64,000 nucleotides of DNA, taken from positions 1,504,001 to 1,568,000 of the forward strand of contig CBDIIB010000005.1 in NCBI GenBank assembly GCA_965279525.1. The letters are read 5' to 3'. The position numbers and the translations under genes are program-made. A model generated the notes under the pieces. The model did not search any database and had not been told where the DNA came from. It saw only the letters and a program-made list of their open reading frames with translations. This stretch comes from Tagaea sp. (GTDB taxonomy: Bacteria; Pseudomonadota; Alphaproteobacteria; CACIAM-22H2). Positions 19,221 through 28,355 of the stretch are shown in pieces. How positions within the stretch are numbered: the stretch's first letter is position 1; every line of letters starts with the position of its first letter.

Positions 19221-21250
19221 TCGGCCGCCGACGGCAAGGCGGCACCGTCGCCCGTGCGGCGCGGGGCACCCACGCGGTGGCGCCGGTCGGTCAGCGACAC
19301 GATGCCGCCCAGCACCATCGCGCACGCTCCCAGCCAGATCCACGGGACGAGCGGGTTGTGATAGATGCGCACGGTCCACGCCGTTTCGGGCGTCGTAGGC
19401 GCCAGGAACGCGGGCATGTTGCCGGCCGGTGCGGCAAGTTCCGGATCGCCGATGGTCGCGTAGAGATCGGCAAGCAGGTTGGTGCGGATCGCCGTCTCGG
19501 TCGTCGCCGTGCCCGCGACCGGGAACCAGCGCCGCTCGGGTGCCAGCACGGCAAGGAGCCTGTCGTCGAGATAGACCTCGAACGTGCCGCGCACGGCGAG
19601 GAAGTTCGGCCCCTCGACGCGCGAAGCCCCCTTGAAGACGAAGTTGTAGCCCGCCACGTCGAACGCGTCGCCGGCCTTGGCCAGGCGGATCACTTCGGTC
19701 TGCCACGCGGTCACGCCGGCGATGCCCATCACGGTCAGCCCCATGCCGGCGTGCGCGATGGTCATTCCCCAGCTCGCGCGCGGCAGGTTGAGGGCGCGCG
19801 ACAGCACGGTGCCGGCGGGGGCGCGGAACAGCCGCACGCGTTCGGCCCATTCGACGGCGGCACCGAAGAACAGCCACGCCGCCAGCCCCATCGCGAGGGC
19901 GGCGTACACGGAGCGGCGGTCGTCGGTCCAGTAGACGGCCGCGACGATGGCGATCGAGATGAAGATCGCCGCGCGCAGGCGCTGGAGTGCGCCGCCAAGG
20001 TCGCCGCGCTTCCAGCCCATCATCGGGCCGATGCCCACGGCGAGCAGCAGCGGGATCATCAGCGGCACGAACGTGGCGTTGAAGAAAGGCGGGCCGACCG
20101 AAACCTTGGCGCCGCCCACCGCTTCGAGGAACAAGGGATAGAGCGTGCCGATGAAGACGGTCGCGGCTGCCGTGGCGAGCAGCACGTTGTTGAGGACGAG
20201 GGCCCCCTCGCGGCTGATCGGCTGGAACAGGCCGCCGCCCTTCAGCATGGGGGCCCGCCACGCGTACATCGCGAGCGAGCCGCCGATGGCGACGACGAGG
20301 ATGGCGAGGATGAAAACGCCGCGCTCGGGATCGACCGCGAAGGCATGCACCGAGGTGAGCACGCCCGAGCGCACGAGGAACGTGCCGACCAGCGAGAGCG
20401 CGAAGGCGAGGATGGCGAGCAGGATCGTCCAGGTCTTCAGCGCGTCGCGCTTTTCCGCGACGATGGCCGAATGCAGCAGCGCGCAGCCCACCAGCCAGGG
20501 CATGAAGCTCGCGTTCTCGACCGGGTCCCAATACCACCAGCCGCCCCAGCCGAGCTCGTAATAGGCCCACCACGAACCCAGCGCGATGCCCAGCGTGAGG
20601 GCGGCCCACGCGGCAAGCGTCCAGGGGCGCACCCAGCGCGCCCACGCGGCATCCACGCGCCCCTCGATGAGGGCGGCCATCGCGAAGGCGAAGACGATCG
20701 AGAAACCGACATAGCCGAAATAGAGGAACGGCGGATGGAAGGCGAGGCCGGGATCCTGCAGGAGCGGGTTGAGATCGTTGCCGTCCGCCGGCGGCGGCAT
20801 CACGCGCTCGAACGGGTTCGACGTGAACACGATGAAGGCGAGGAACGCCACGCCGATCATGCCCTGGATGGCGAGCGTGCGCGCCTTCAGCCCCGGCGGC
20901 AGGTTGCGCCCGAAGGCCGCGACCATGGCGCCGAACAGCCCGAGGATCAGCGACCACAGCACCATCGAGCCTTCGTGGTTTCCCCACGCGCCCGACACCT
21001 TGTAGAGCATGGGCTTGGCCGAGTGCGAGTTCATCACGACGTTCTTGACGGTGAAGTCCGACACGACGAACGAATAGACGAGGCAGCCGAACGCGACGGC
21101 CACGAGCGCGAACTGGAGGAGGGCGGCGGGCTTGGCAAGTGCCGTCAAGGCAGGTTCGCCCGTCTGCGCGCCGACCAGCGGCAGCACCGACTGCACGAGC
21201 GCCACGCAAAGCGCCAGGACGAGCGCGTAATGGCCGAGTTCCGCGATCAC
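19217..21250 (-). CDS. ccmF: Heme lyase CcmF
   Basis: WGNHEGS, LNPLLQD, HPP, WAYYELGWGGWWYWDPVENAS, SVHAF. Confidence 0.97.
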   Translation of the reverse strand: MIAELGHYALVLALCVALVQSVLPLVGAQTGEPALTALAKPAALLQFALVAVAFGCLVYSFVVSDFTVKNVVMNSHSAKPMLYKVSGAWGNHEGSMVLWSLILGLFGAMVAAFGRNLPPGLKARTLAIQGMIGVAFLAFIVFTSNPFERVMPPPADGNDLNPLLQDPGLAFHPPFLYFGYVGFSIVFAFAMAALIEGRVDAAWARWVRPWTLAAWAALTLGIALGSWWAYYELGWGGWWYWDPVENASFMPWLVGCALLHSAIVAEKRDALKTWTILLAILAFALSLVGTFLVRSGVLTSVHAFAVDPERGVFILAILVVAIGGSLAMYAWRAPMLKGGGLFQPISREGALVLNNVLLATAAATVFIGTLYPLFLEAVGGAKVSVGPPFFNATFVPLMIPLLLAVGIGPMMGWKRGDLGGALQRLRAAIFISIAIVAAVYWTDDRRSVYAALAMGLAAWLFFGAAVEWAERVRLFRAPAGTVLSRALNLPRASWGMTIAHAGMGLTVMGIAGVTAWQTEVIRLAKAGDAFDVAGYNFVFKGASRVEGPNFLAVRGTFEVYLDDRLLAVLAPERRWFPVAGTATTETAIRTNLLADLYATIGDPELAAPAGNMPAFLAPTTPETAWTVRIYHNPLVPWIWLGACAMVLGGIVSLTDRRHRVGAPRRTGDGAALPSAAE

Positions 21251-21717
21251 TTGGCGGTACCCGTCGTTTCCTGCCAGCGGCCCGAGCGCTTGAGCGCCTC
21301 GGCCACTTCGGCCGGCATGTAGTTCTCGTCGTGGCGGGCCAGCACTTCGCCGGCGCGGAACGTGCCGTCGGCCGAAAGCTTGCCGTTGGCGACCACGCCC
21401 TGTCCTTCGCGGAACAGGTCGGGCAGCACGCCGACATAGGCGACGGGGATCGCATGCTCGAGATCGGTCACCTTGAAGCGCACCTCGGCCGAGCCCGCGA
21501 CGCGTTCGACCGAGCCGACCTCGACCAGACCGCCGATGCGCATCTGCCGGTCGATCGGCACCTTGCGCGCCGCGATGTCGCTGGGCGTATGGAAGAACAC
21601 GAGATGGTCGTCGAACGCGGTCAGCGTCAGGGCGGCCGCGGTCGCAAGGCCGAGGCCCGCGAGCAGCAGCACCATCATCCGCCGGCGCTTTGCGGTGCGC
21701 GCCTTGGGAAGTTTCAT
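21247..21717 (-). CDS. ccmE: Heme chaperone CcmE
   Basis: LPDLFREGQGVVA, VLARHDENYMP. Confidence 0.96.
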   Translation of the reverse strand: MKLPKARTAKRRRMMVLLLAGLGLATAAALTLTAFDDHLVFFHTPSDIAARKVPIDRQMRIGGLVEVGSVERVAGSAEVRFKVTDLEHAIPVAYVGVLPDLFREGQGVVANGKLSADGTFRAGEVLARHDENYMPAEVAEALKRSGRWQETTGTAK

Positions 21718-21878
21718 GGCCGCGAATCCTTGCCGTCTTCCGCCGCCGCAAGCTCGCGCTCGAGTGCGCGCAGGTGGCGCCAGCTTCCCGCGGCGATCGC
21801 GACGAGCACGGCGGCCGTCAGCGCGTAGGCCGGCCAGACGAAGGCGGCATAGCCGCCCATGTCGAAAAACGCCGCCAT
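21714..21878 (-). CDS. ccmD: Heme exporter protein CcmD
   Basis: 54 aa, MGGYAAFVWPAY + TM + charged tail, between ccmC and ccmE. Confidence 0.9.
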   Translation of the reverse strand: MAAFFDMGGYAAFVWPAYALTAAVLVAIAAGSWRHLRALERELAAAEDGKDSRP

Positions 21879-22624
21879 CACGCACGCTCCGGCATCGCGG
21901 TCCCGGCGACGCGGGCCTGCTGCAGCACCGCGATGCGCCGCTCGATGAGGCCCGCGCGCATGCGCACCAGCGTTACCGCGACGAAGAACAGCGTGTAGCC
22001 GATCGCCATCGCCAGCAGCGGCAGCAGCATCGAGGAATGGATCGCCGGCGCGTCGAGCCTGGTGACCGACGCGGGCTGGTGCAGCGTGTTCCACCAGTCG
22101 ACCGAGAACTTGATGACCGGCAGGTTGACCGCACCCACGAGTGCGAGCACCGCGGATGCGCGCGCGCCGCGTTCGGCTTCGTCGAACGCCGAGTTGAGCG
22201 CCATGTAGGCAAGATAGATGAAGAACAGGATCAGCACCGACGTGAGGCGCGCGTCCCACACCCACCACGTCCCCCACATCGGCTTGCCCCACAGCGAACC
22301 AGTGACGAGGCACAGGAACGTGAACGCGGCCCCCACCGGTGCCATCGCGCGTCCGGCCACGTCGGCGAGCGGATGGCGCCACACGAGCGTCGCGGCACCG
22401 GCAAGGGCAAGGTTCGTGTAGACGAACATCGCCATCCACGCCGCGGGCACGTGCACGTACATGATGCGCACCGTCTCGCCCTGCTGGTAATCGGCCGGCG
22501 ACACGAACAGCGCGTTCCACAATCCGAGCCCCAGGAAAAGCGCCGCGCCGCCCGCCATCCACGGCAGCAGCCGGTCGGAGAGACGCTTGAAATTCGCCGG
22601 ACTTGCGTAGCGGTGCCAGTTCAA
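21878..22624 (-). CDS. ccmC: Heme exporter protein CcmC
   Basis: RIMYVHVPAAW, WGKPMWGTWWVWDARLTS, WWNTLHQ; TTG start after GAAGGGA. Confidence 0.95.
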   Translation of the reverse strand: MNWHRYASPANFKRLSDRLLPWMAGGAALFLGLGLWNALFVSPADYQQGETVRIMYVHVPAAWMAMFVYTNLALAGAATLVWRHPLADVAGRAMAPVGAAFTFLCLVTGSLWGKPMWGTWWVWDARLTSVLILFFIYLAYMALNSAFDEAERGARASAVLALVGAVNLPVIKFSVDWWNTLHQPASVTRLDAPAIHSSMLLPLLAMAIGYTLFFVAVTLVRMRAGLIERRIAVLQQARVAGTAMPERA

Positions 22625-22724
22625 AAATGTAGTCCCTTCGCTGCCTTGCCGATCGGCCGGGAGTATTGCGCGGCGGGGCGCATTTTCCAACCCAAACGGG
22701 GCGACATAAGGGCGCAAGGCCCGG

Positions 22725-23390
22725 TCATTCGCTGGCCTGGCGCAGCGATGCCGCCATGGCGAAAGGGGCGAGCGTCAGCGCGAACACGCCGAGCCCGGAA
22801 AGCAGGAACAAATGGGGCCGCACGGGCAGGCCGGCGACTGCCGCCTCCACCGCCGCGACCGCGAAGATCAATACCGGCACATAGAGCGGCAGCACGATCA
22901 GGGCAAGGAGGGCGCCGCCTTTTCGTGCCCCCACCGACAGTGCGGCACCGATCCCGCCCATCAGCGACAGCGTCGGCGTGCCGAGCAGCAGCGTGGCCAG
23001 CAGCGTGCCGTAGGCCTCGGCCGGCAGCTGCAGCATCATCGCGACGAGTGGCGACACGACGATCAGCGGCAGCGCCGTCGTCAGCCATTGTGCGGCGCAC
23101 TTGGCCAGCGCCAGCAGCTCGAGCGGGGCAGGGGCGAGGACGAGCTGCTCGAGGCTGCCGTCGTCGGCCTCGGCCTGGAACAGCCGGTCGAGCGACAGCA
23201 GGCAGGCGAGCAGGGCGACCACCCACACGATGCCGACCGCCACGCGCGCCAGCACCTGCGGCTCGGGTCCGATGCCGAAGGCGAAAAGTGTTGCCGCGAT
23301 GACGAAGAACGCGAGGATCGTCAGCGTCTCGGCCGGCGTGCGCAGCGCCAGCTTCACGTCGCGCGCGACGAGGGCGAAGGCGGCGTTCAC
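22725..23390 (-). CDS. ccmB: Heme exporter permease CcmB
   Basis: LSLDRLF..EADDGSLE, LAKCAAQW, LLLGTP.LS, LPLYVPVLIF. Confidence 0.95.
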   Translation of the reverse strand: MNAAFALVARDVKLALRTPAETLTILAFFVIAATLFAFGIGPEPQVLARVAVGIVWVVALLACLLSLDRLFQAEADDGSLEQLVLAPAPLELLALAKCAAQWLTTALPLIVVSPLVAMMLQLPAEAYGTLLATLLLGTPTLSLMGGIGAALSVGARKGGALLALIVLPLYVPVLIFAVAAVEAAVAGLPVRPHLFLLSGLGVFALTLAPFAMAASLRQASE

Positions 23391-24019
23391 TTGGCCGTCC
23401 CCAGCGTCAGCGTGCGCGCGTCGGCACCCGCGAAATCCAGATGCGTGGCCGCGATGACGATGCCACCGCCGGCCCGGTGGTGCGCGATGGCGCGCGCAAG
23501 ACTGCCGGTCGCCGCCTCGTCGAGGCCGTTGGTCGGCTCGTCGAGCAGCCACAGCCGGGCCGGGGCCGCGAGCAGGCGCGCAAGGGCCGCGCGCCGGCGC
23601 TGGCCCTGGCTCAGGAAACGCGCGGGAACGTCGGCAAGTGCGCCAAGCCCGAACGCGTCGAGGGCTGCCGCCGGATCGCCGCCGGCGGCACCGCGCAGGG
23701 CGGCGTGGAACGCGATGTGTTCGCCAAGCGTCAGCGTGGGCTTGAGCGCGTCGTTATGGCCGACGAAATGCAGCCGCGCGCGGTGGCCGGCCGGATCCCC
23801 GGCAACGTCTTCGCCGTCCCACGCGAGCGTGCCGTCGGCGGGGCCGAGCAGGCCCGCCAGCACGCGCAGCAGGCTCGACTTGCCCGTCCCGTTGGCACCG
23901 CGCAGCACGACGAGGTCGCCCGGCCGCGCGTGCAGGCCGACATCGCGGAACACCAGCCGGCCGCCGCGACGGCAGGCGAGTGCTTGCCCTTCGAGGCCAG
24001 CGGTCGAATCCGTGTTCAT
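23387..24019 (-). CDS. ccmA: Heme exporter ATPase CcmA
   Basis: CRRGGR, GANGTGKSSLLR, LSQGQRRR, WLLDEP. Confidence 0.93.
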   Translation of the reverse strand: MNTDSTAGLEGQALACRRGGRLVFRDVGLHARPGDLVVLRGANGTGKSSLLRVLAGLLGPADGTLAWDGEDVAGDPAGHRARLHFVGHNDALKPTLTLGEHIAFHAALRGAAGGDPAAALDAFGLGALADVPARFLSQGQRRRAALARLLAAPARLWLLDEPTNGLDEAATGSLARAIAHHRAGGGIVIAATHLDFAGADARTLTLGTAK

Positions 24020-24036
24020 CGGCGAGAGATTAGCGG

Positions 24037-24082
24037 AAAAAAAGTGGCGGATACGAACCGTACATCCGGGCCCGTATCCGCC
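24037..24082 (-). terminator. Intrinsic terminator on minus strand just upstream of ccmA
   Basis: Perfect 10-bp stem GGCGGATACG/CGTATCCGC C (24046-24055/24073-24082), 17-nt loop, then AC and T7. Confidence 0.7.
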
Positions 24083-24185
24083 TTCGCACAAGTTCCCGGC
24101 TGGGGCTGGAGTCCGGGGAGCTCCAGTCGGGTAAATAAGTCGGCAACAAGTTGCGTGCGCGATCGCAGTGGACTTGCCGATGGTC
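24037..24185 (-). ncRNA. Candidate ~150-nt small RNA (5' end estimated)
   Basis: ECF-like promoter upstream, two internal hairpins, CUUAUUUA linker, CUCCCC loop, terminator; no credible ORF. Confidence 0.55.
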
Positions 24186-24191
24186 CAATAA

Positions 24192-24217
24192 AACGCGACC
24201 GCCACGGCTTTATTCGG
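24192..24217 (-). promoter_or_regulatory. ECF sigma-type promoter
   Basis: CCGAATAAA-N13-CGTT, identical elements and spacing to 56859-56884. Confidence 0.65.
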
Positions 24218-24416
24218 GCCGCTTTATGGCCGAAACGTGAAATCGCACCGGGGCGACAAGTTATGCGGATTTTGTAATCATTATCGAATAGTTAATGCAT
24301 GAAACGCATGTCTCGGCTGTGTGCAATGCAGCGTGAAATTCAGATTTCAGTCACGATTGAGGTCCATATTGCTCCCATCGGACGCCGGACATGACCGGTG
24401 CCGTTTGGAGATCAAA

Positions 24417-24545
24417 ATGCTCGCGTTCGCAGCCCTCGCCGCCATTCCCGCCGTCATCGCCCTGCTCGCGATGGCGCATGACGTGATCGACGAGTCGTTC
24501 GTCGTCACCAACCCGGCGTTGATGGCAGCGGCCGCCGGCCGCTGA
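24417..24545 (+). CDS. 42-aa hydrophobic small protein, unknown
   Basis: GGAG 6 nt before ATG; MLAFAALAAIPAVIALLAMAHDVIDESFVVTNPALMAAAAGR; GC-rich third positions. Confidence 0.6.
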   Translation: MLAFAALAAIPAVIALLAMAHDVIDESFVVTNPALMAAAAGR

Positions 24546-24557
24546 GCTGCCGGGCGT

Positions 24558-25802
24558 CTAATCGAACTTCCGCACGTCCTCGATCACCTTGCCGTCGTTC
24601 GGCAGGGTGCCGGGGGCGGTGAATTCGATGGCGCCCTTCATCTTCGTGACGGACTGAAGCGCCTCGGCGAGTTTCGCCGCGAGGCCCGCATCCGCCACCC
24701 CCTCGACCTTCAGCGTCATCGTGTCGTTGTCGCCCTCGCGCGCCACGACAAGACGGTATTTCGCGATCCCGTGCCGCTTGGCCGCCTCGGCCACCTGGCC
24801 CGGATGGACGAACATGCCCTTCACCTTCGTGGTCTGGTCGGCCCGTCCCATCCAGCCGCGCAGGCGCCGGTTGGTGCGACCGCACGATGAGGTGCCGGGC
24901 ACGAACATCGATAGATCCCCGGTCCCGAAGCGGATCAGCGGATAGTCGGGATTGAGCGTCGTCACGACGACCTCGCCCACTTCGCCGTCGGCCAGCGCTT
25001 CGCCGGTTCCCGGCCGCACGATCTCGACCACCAGCCATTCGTCGAGGATCAGCCCCGCGTCGGGTACGCTCTCGTAGCCGATCAGGCCGAGATCGGCCGA
25101 CGCATAGCATTGGCGAAGGGAAATCCCCTTGGCGTCCATCTCGCCGCGCAGCGCCTTTGGCACCGCCTCGCCGGACACGAGGGCGAGCTTCAGGCTCGAC
25201 ATGTCGGCCTGAAGCTCCGCGCCTTTTTCCAGAACGATCTTCAGGAACGACGGCGTGCCGACGTAGCCCTTCGGGCGGATGTCGGCGATCGCGCGCACCT
25301 GCTGTTCGGTGTTGCCGGTTCCCGCCGGCACGACCGGACAGCCGATGGCGTGGGCGCCCATTTCAAGCATCGAGCCCGCCGGCGTCAGGTGATAGCTGAA
25401 GCAGTTGTGCACGATGTCGCCGCGCCGGAACCCGGTCGCCCAGAGTGCGCGCGCCAGCCGCCAATAGTCGGGGCGCATCGCCTCGGGATCGTAGATGGGG
25501 CCGGGCGACATGAAGATGCGGCCCAGATGCTTGGTCTTGATCGCCGTCAGCCCGCCGAACGGATCGCGCGCCTCGAAGCGCTTCTTCTGTAGCTCGATGA
25601 GATCGCCCTTGCGCACGACTGGCAGCTTCGAAAGGGCCGCACGGTCGGTCACGCGCGACGGATCGACGTCTGCCAAAGTCTCGGCGAAATGCGGCGCGTT
25701 GGCCTTCGCGTTCTCGATCTGGTTGCGCAGGTCGGCGAAGTGCCGGTCCTCGCGCAGGGAAGGATCGCGGGTTTCCAGATCGTCGAAATATTCCGATGTC
25801 AT
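24558..25802 (-). CDS. Phenylacetate-CoA ligase-like (PaaK family) protein
   Basis: IFMSPGPIYDPE, NCFSYHLTPAG, YVGTPSFL, YASADLGLI, YPLIRFGTGDLS, GRADQTTKVKG. Confidence 0.85.
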   Translation of the reverse strand: MTSEYFDDLETRDPSLREDRHFADLRNQIENAKANAPHFAETLADVDPSRVTDRAALSKLPVVRKGDLIELQKKRFEARDPFGGLTAIKTKHLGRIFMSPGPIYDPEAMRPDYWRLARALWATGFRRGDIVHNCFSYHLTPAGSMLEMGAHAIGCPVVPAGTGNTEQQVRAIADIRPKGYVGTPSFLKIVLEKGAELQADMSSLKLALVSGEAVPKALRGEMDAKGISLRQCYASADLGLIGYESVPDAGLILDEWLVVEIVRPGTGEALADGEVGEVVVTTLNPDYPLIRFGTGDLSMFVPGTSSCGRTNRRLRGWMGRADQTTKVKGMFVHPGQVAEAAKRHGIAKYRLVVAREGDNDTMTLKVEGVADAGLAAKLAEALQSVTKMKGAIEFTAPGTLPNDGKVIEDVRKFD

Positions 25803-25880
25803 GCCGTCTTTCCCCGCTCGCCCGAATCGCCGGCCGCAAGCGTGTCGGACGGCGCCGGCCGCTTCAAGCGCCAAATCGCT

Positions 25881-26732
25881 TCAGGCAAGCCAGCGCTTGC
25901 GCCGCTTGTAATGCTTGATGTCGCGGAACGACTTGCGCCCGCCGGCGGCGATGCCGAGGTAGAATTCCTTGACGTCCTCGTTGCCGCGCAGCGTTTCGGC
26001 CGAGCCGTCGAGCACGACGCGGCCGTTCTCCAGGATGTAGCCGTAATGCGCGTGGCGCAGCGCGATCGACGTGTTCTGCTCGGCCAGCAGCAGCGACACG
26101 CCCTGCTCGCGGTTGAGCTTGACGACGATCTCGAAGATCTCCTCGACCAGCTGCGGAGCAAGGCCCATCGAGGGTTCGTCGAGCAGGATCATGTCGGGTT
26201 TGCTCATCAGCGCGCGGCCGATGGCCGTCATCTGCTGCTCGCCGCCCGACGTGTAGCCGGCCTGCGACTTGCGCCGTTCTTTCAGGCGCGGGAAGTAGCC
26301 GTAGACCATCTCGAGATCGCGCGCGATGGCGGCACGCCCCTCGGTGCGGGTGTAGGCACCCGTCATCAGGTTTTCCTCGACGGTGAGATGGCCGAAGCAG
26401 TGCCGGCCCTCCATCACCTGGATCACGCCGCGCTTCACGAGGTCGTTGGGCGTCATCCCGTCGATGCGCTCGCCCTTGTATTCGACCGAGCCCTTGGTGA
26501 CCTCGCCGCGCTCGGCGCGCAGCAGGTTGGAAATGGATTTGAGCGTGGTGGACTTGCCCGCCCCGTTGGCGCCGAGCAGGGCGACGATGCCGCCCTTGGG
26601 CACTTCGAGGCTCACACCCTTCAGCACCAGAATCACATGGTCGTAGATGACCTCGACGTTCTTGACCTCCAGCAGCGGCTTTTCGCGCGGGGTCCCGAGT
26701 TTGCGTTCGAGTTCGGCGGCTTGGGATGTCAT
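25881..26732 (-). CDS. HAAT-type ABC transporter ATPase (LivF-like)
   Basis: GANGAGKST, SGGEQQM, LLDEPSMGLAP. Confidence 0.93.
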   Translation of the reverse strand: MTSQAAELERKLGTPREKPLLEVKNVEVIYDHVILVLKGVSLEVPKGGIVALLGANGAGKSTTLKSISNLLRAERGEVTKGSVEYKGERIDGMTPNDLVKRGVIQVMEGRHCFGHLTVEENLMTGAYTRTEGRAAIARDLEMVYGYFPRLKERRKSQAGYTSGGEQQMTAIGRALMSKPDMILLDEPSMGLAPQLVEEIFEIVVKLNREQGVSLLLAEQNTSIALRHAHYGYILENGRVVLDGSAETLRGNEDVKEFYLGIAAGGRKSFRDIKHYKRRKRWLA

Positions 26733-26752
26733 GCGGGTGCTGTCCGGCAAAT

Positions 26753-26783
26753 AAAAAGGGGCGGACCGTTTCCGGCCCGCCCC
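26753..26783 (-). terminator. Intrinsic terminator or stabilising hairpin after the binding-protein gene
   Basis: GGGGCGGGCCG-GAAA-CGGTCCGCCCC-TTTTT. Confidence 0.8.
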
Positions 26784-26818
26784 GTCAGGCTAGGATCCCT
26801 GGACCACTGACGGGTCCT

Positions 26819-28150
26819 TCAGGACTGGCGCGCGCAGTCGCGCGGCTGTGTGTTCTTCTCCTTGGCGTACTGGGCCGAACCCGTCTCGTACATCTCGCGC
26901 AGCATCGGGCGGTTCGGCTCGATCCAGTCGGAGACCCAGTTCCACTTCTTGCCGTCCCACTGCTGGATGCGGACGACGCCGCCACCCTCGTGGTCGGCGC
27001 AAGACGTGCGCAGCGGCGGCATGAAGCCTTCGAAGCCCATCACGGCAAGCCGCTGCGGGTTGAGGTTCAGGTTCTCGAAGCCCCAGCGGACCTGCTCGCC
27101 CGTCATCGGCTTGTTGCCGTAGCGCTCCTGCGCCGTGCGCACCGCCTCGACCACCATCGCGGCGTTGATCGCCCCGCGGTTGTAGAGGACCGTGCCCACA
27201 TGCTTGCCGTCACCGGTCGCCTGGCCGGCCTTGACCACGGTGTTCTCGATGTCGCGCATGAACTTGTAGTCCTTGCCCGTGCCGTGGAAGTTCGCGGCCA
27301 TGTAGCCCTTGGCCGCGTCGCCGGGCGGCGTCACGTCCTGCTCGGAGCCGGCCCACCACACGCCGATGAACTTGTCGCGCGGGAAGCCGACGGCCGCCGC
27401 TTCGGTGATCGCGGTCGGGTTCATGACGCCCCAGCCCCACATGATCACGTAGTTCGGACGGATCTGGCGGCCGATGCGCAGCCAGATGGCCTTCTGTTCC
27501 ACGCCCGGGTTCGGCACCGGGAACTCCGACAGCTCGAAGCCCTGTTCCTTGGCGAGGCGCTGGATGACCGGCAGCGGTTCCTTGCCGAACGCGCTGTCGT
27601 GATAGATGTACGAGATCTTCTTGCCCTTGAGCGAGCCGCCTTCCTTCGACTTGATGAACTGCAGGATCGCGTCCATCTGCGAATAGTAGGTGGCGGGCAG
27701 CGTGAACATCCACGGGAAGACGCGGCCGTCCGAGCCGTCCGAGCGGCCGTAGCCGGACGTCAGCATCGGGATCTTGTCCTGCGCGGTGCGCTCGATGAGG
27801 GCATAGGTGATGCCCGTCGAGAGCGGCACGATGGCGGTCGCACCGGTCGGGCCCTTGGCCTTCAGGCGCTCGTAGCATTCCACGCCGCGGTCGGTGTTGT
27901 AGGCCGTCTCGCATTCCTCGTAGGTGATCCGGACGCCGTTGATGCCGCCGTCGCGCGCGTTGATCATCTTGAAATAGTCGAGGAAGCCGTCGGCGAACGG
28001 CGTGCCGTTCGGCCCGAACGGGCCGGTGCGGTACGAGAAGGACGGAATGAACTGTTCGTTGGCTTGCGCGTTGGCGGGTGCCGGCATCGCGAGCGGGGCC
28101 GCGAGAATCGCGGCACCAAGCAATGCAGACCCAAAGCGGATGAGGCTCAT
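26819..28150 (-). CDS. HAAT-type ABC substrate-binding protein
   Basis: Signal peptide, YRTGPF, INARDGGING, ECET.YNTDRGVECYERLK, WGWGVMN, CADHEG. Confidence 0.92.
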   Translation of the reverse strand: MSLIRFGSALLGAAILAAPLAMPAPANAQANEQFIPSFSYRTGPFGPNGTPFADGFLDYFKMINARDGGINGVRITYEECETAYNTDRGVECYERLKAKGPTGATAIVPLSTGITYALIERTAQDKIPMLTSGYGRSDGSDGRVFPWMFTLPATYYSQMDAILQFIKSKEGGSLKGKKISYIYHDSAFGKEPLPVIQRLAKEQGFELSEFPVPNPGVEQKAIWLRIGRQIRPNYVIMWGWGVMNPTAITEAAAVGFPRDKFIGVWWAGSEQDVTPPGDAAKGYMAANFHGTGKDYKFMRDIENTVVKAGQATGDGKHVGTVLYNRGAINAAMVVEAVRTAQERYGNKPMTGEQVRWGFENLNLNPQRLAVMGFEGFMPPLRTSCADHEGGGVVRIQQWDGKKWNWVSDWIEPNRPMLREMYETGSAQYAKEKNTQPRDCARQS

Positions 28151-28228
28151 CGGGCGTTCTCCCTGTTGACGTCGCGTAGGTCGCCGGGCGCTTGGCCCGG
28201 CAGATCGTTGACCGACCTTGAGGGCCAG

Positions 28229-28257
28229 ACCTTACGCCATGCCCGGTCCGGCGCCAA
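28229..28257 (-). promoter_or_regulatory. Sigma70-type promoter for binding protein-livF-paaK half-operon
   Basis: TTGGCG-N17-TAAGGT. Confidence 0.5.
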
Positions 28258-28318
28258 GACCCGGAAAAATGGCGGCGATCGGGCGTCGGGTCGGCCCGTC
28301 TGCAGGCAGAAAATAACA

Positions 28319-28348
28319 TTGACACATTCAAATCTATCGATGTATAAG
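28319..28348 (+). promoter_or_regulatory. Promoter/operator of arsR1, probably leaderless
   Basis: TTGACA-N18-TATAAG with AT-rich imperfect dyad ACATTCAAATCTATCGATGT in spacer; ATG 7 nt later. Confidence 0.7.
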
Positions 28349-28355
28349 CGGATCC

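Noticed and set aside
24267-24285. Fur box
   Set aside because: 13/19 match, nearly all in one half; not distinguishable from AT-rich background
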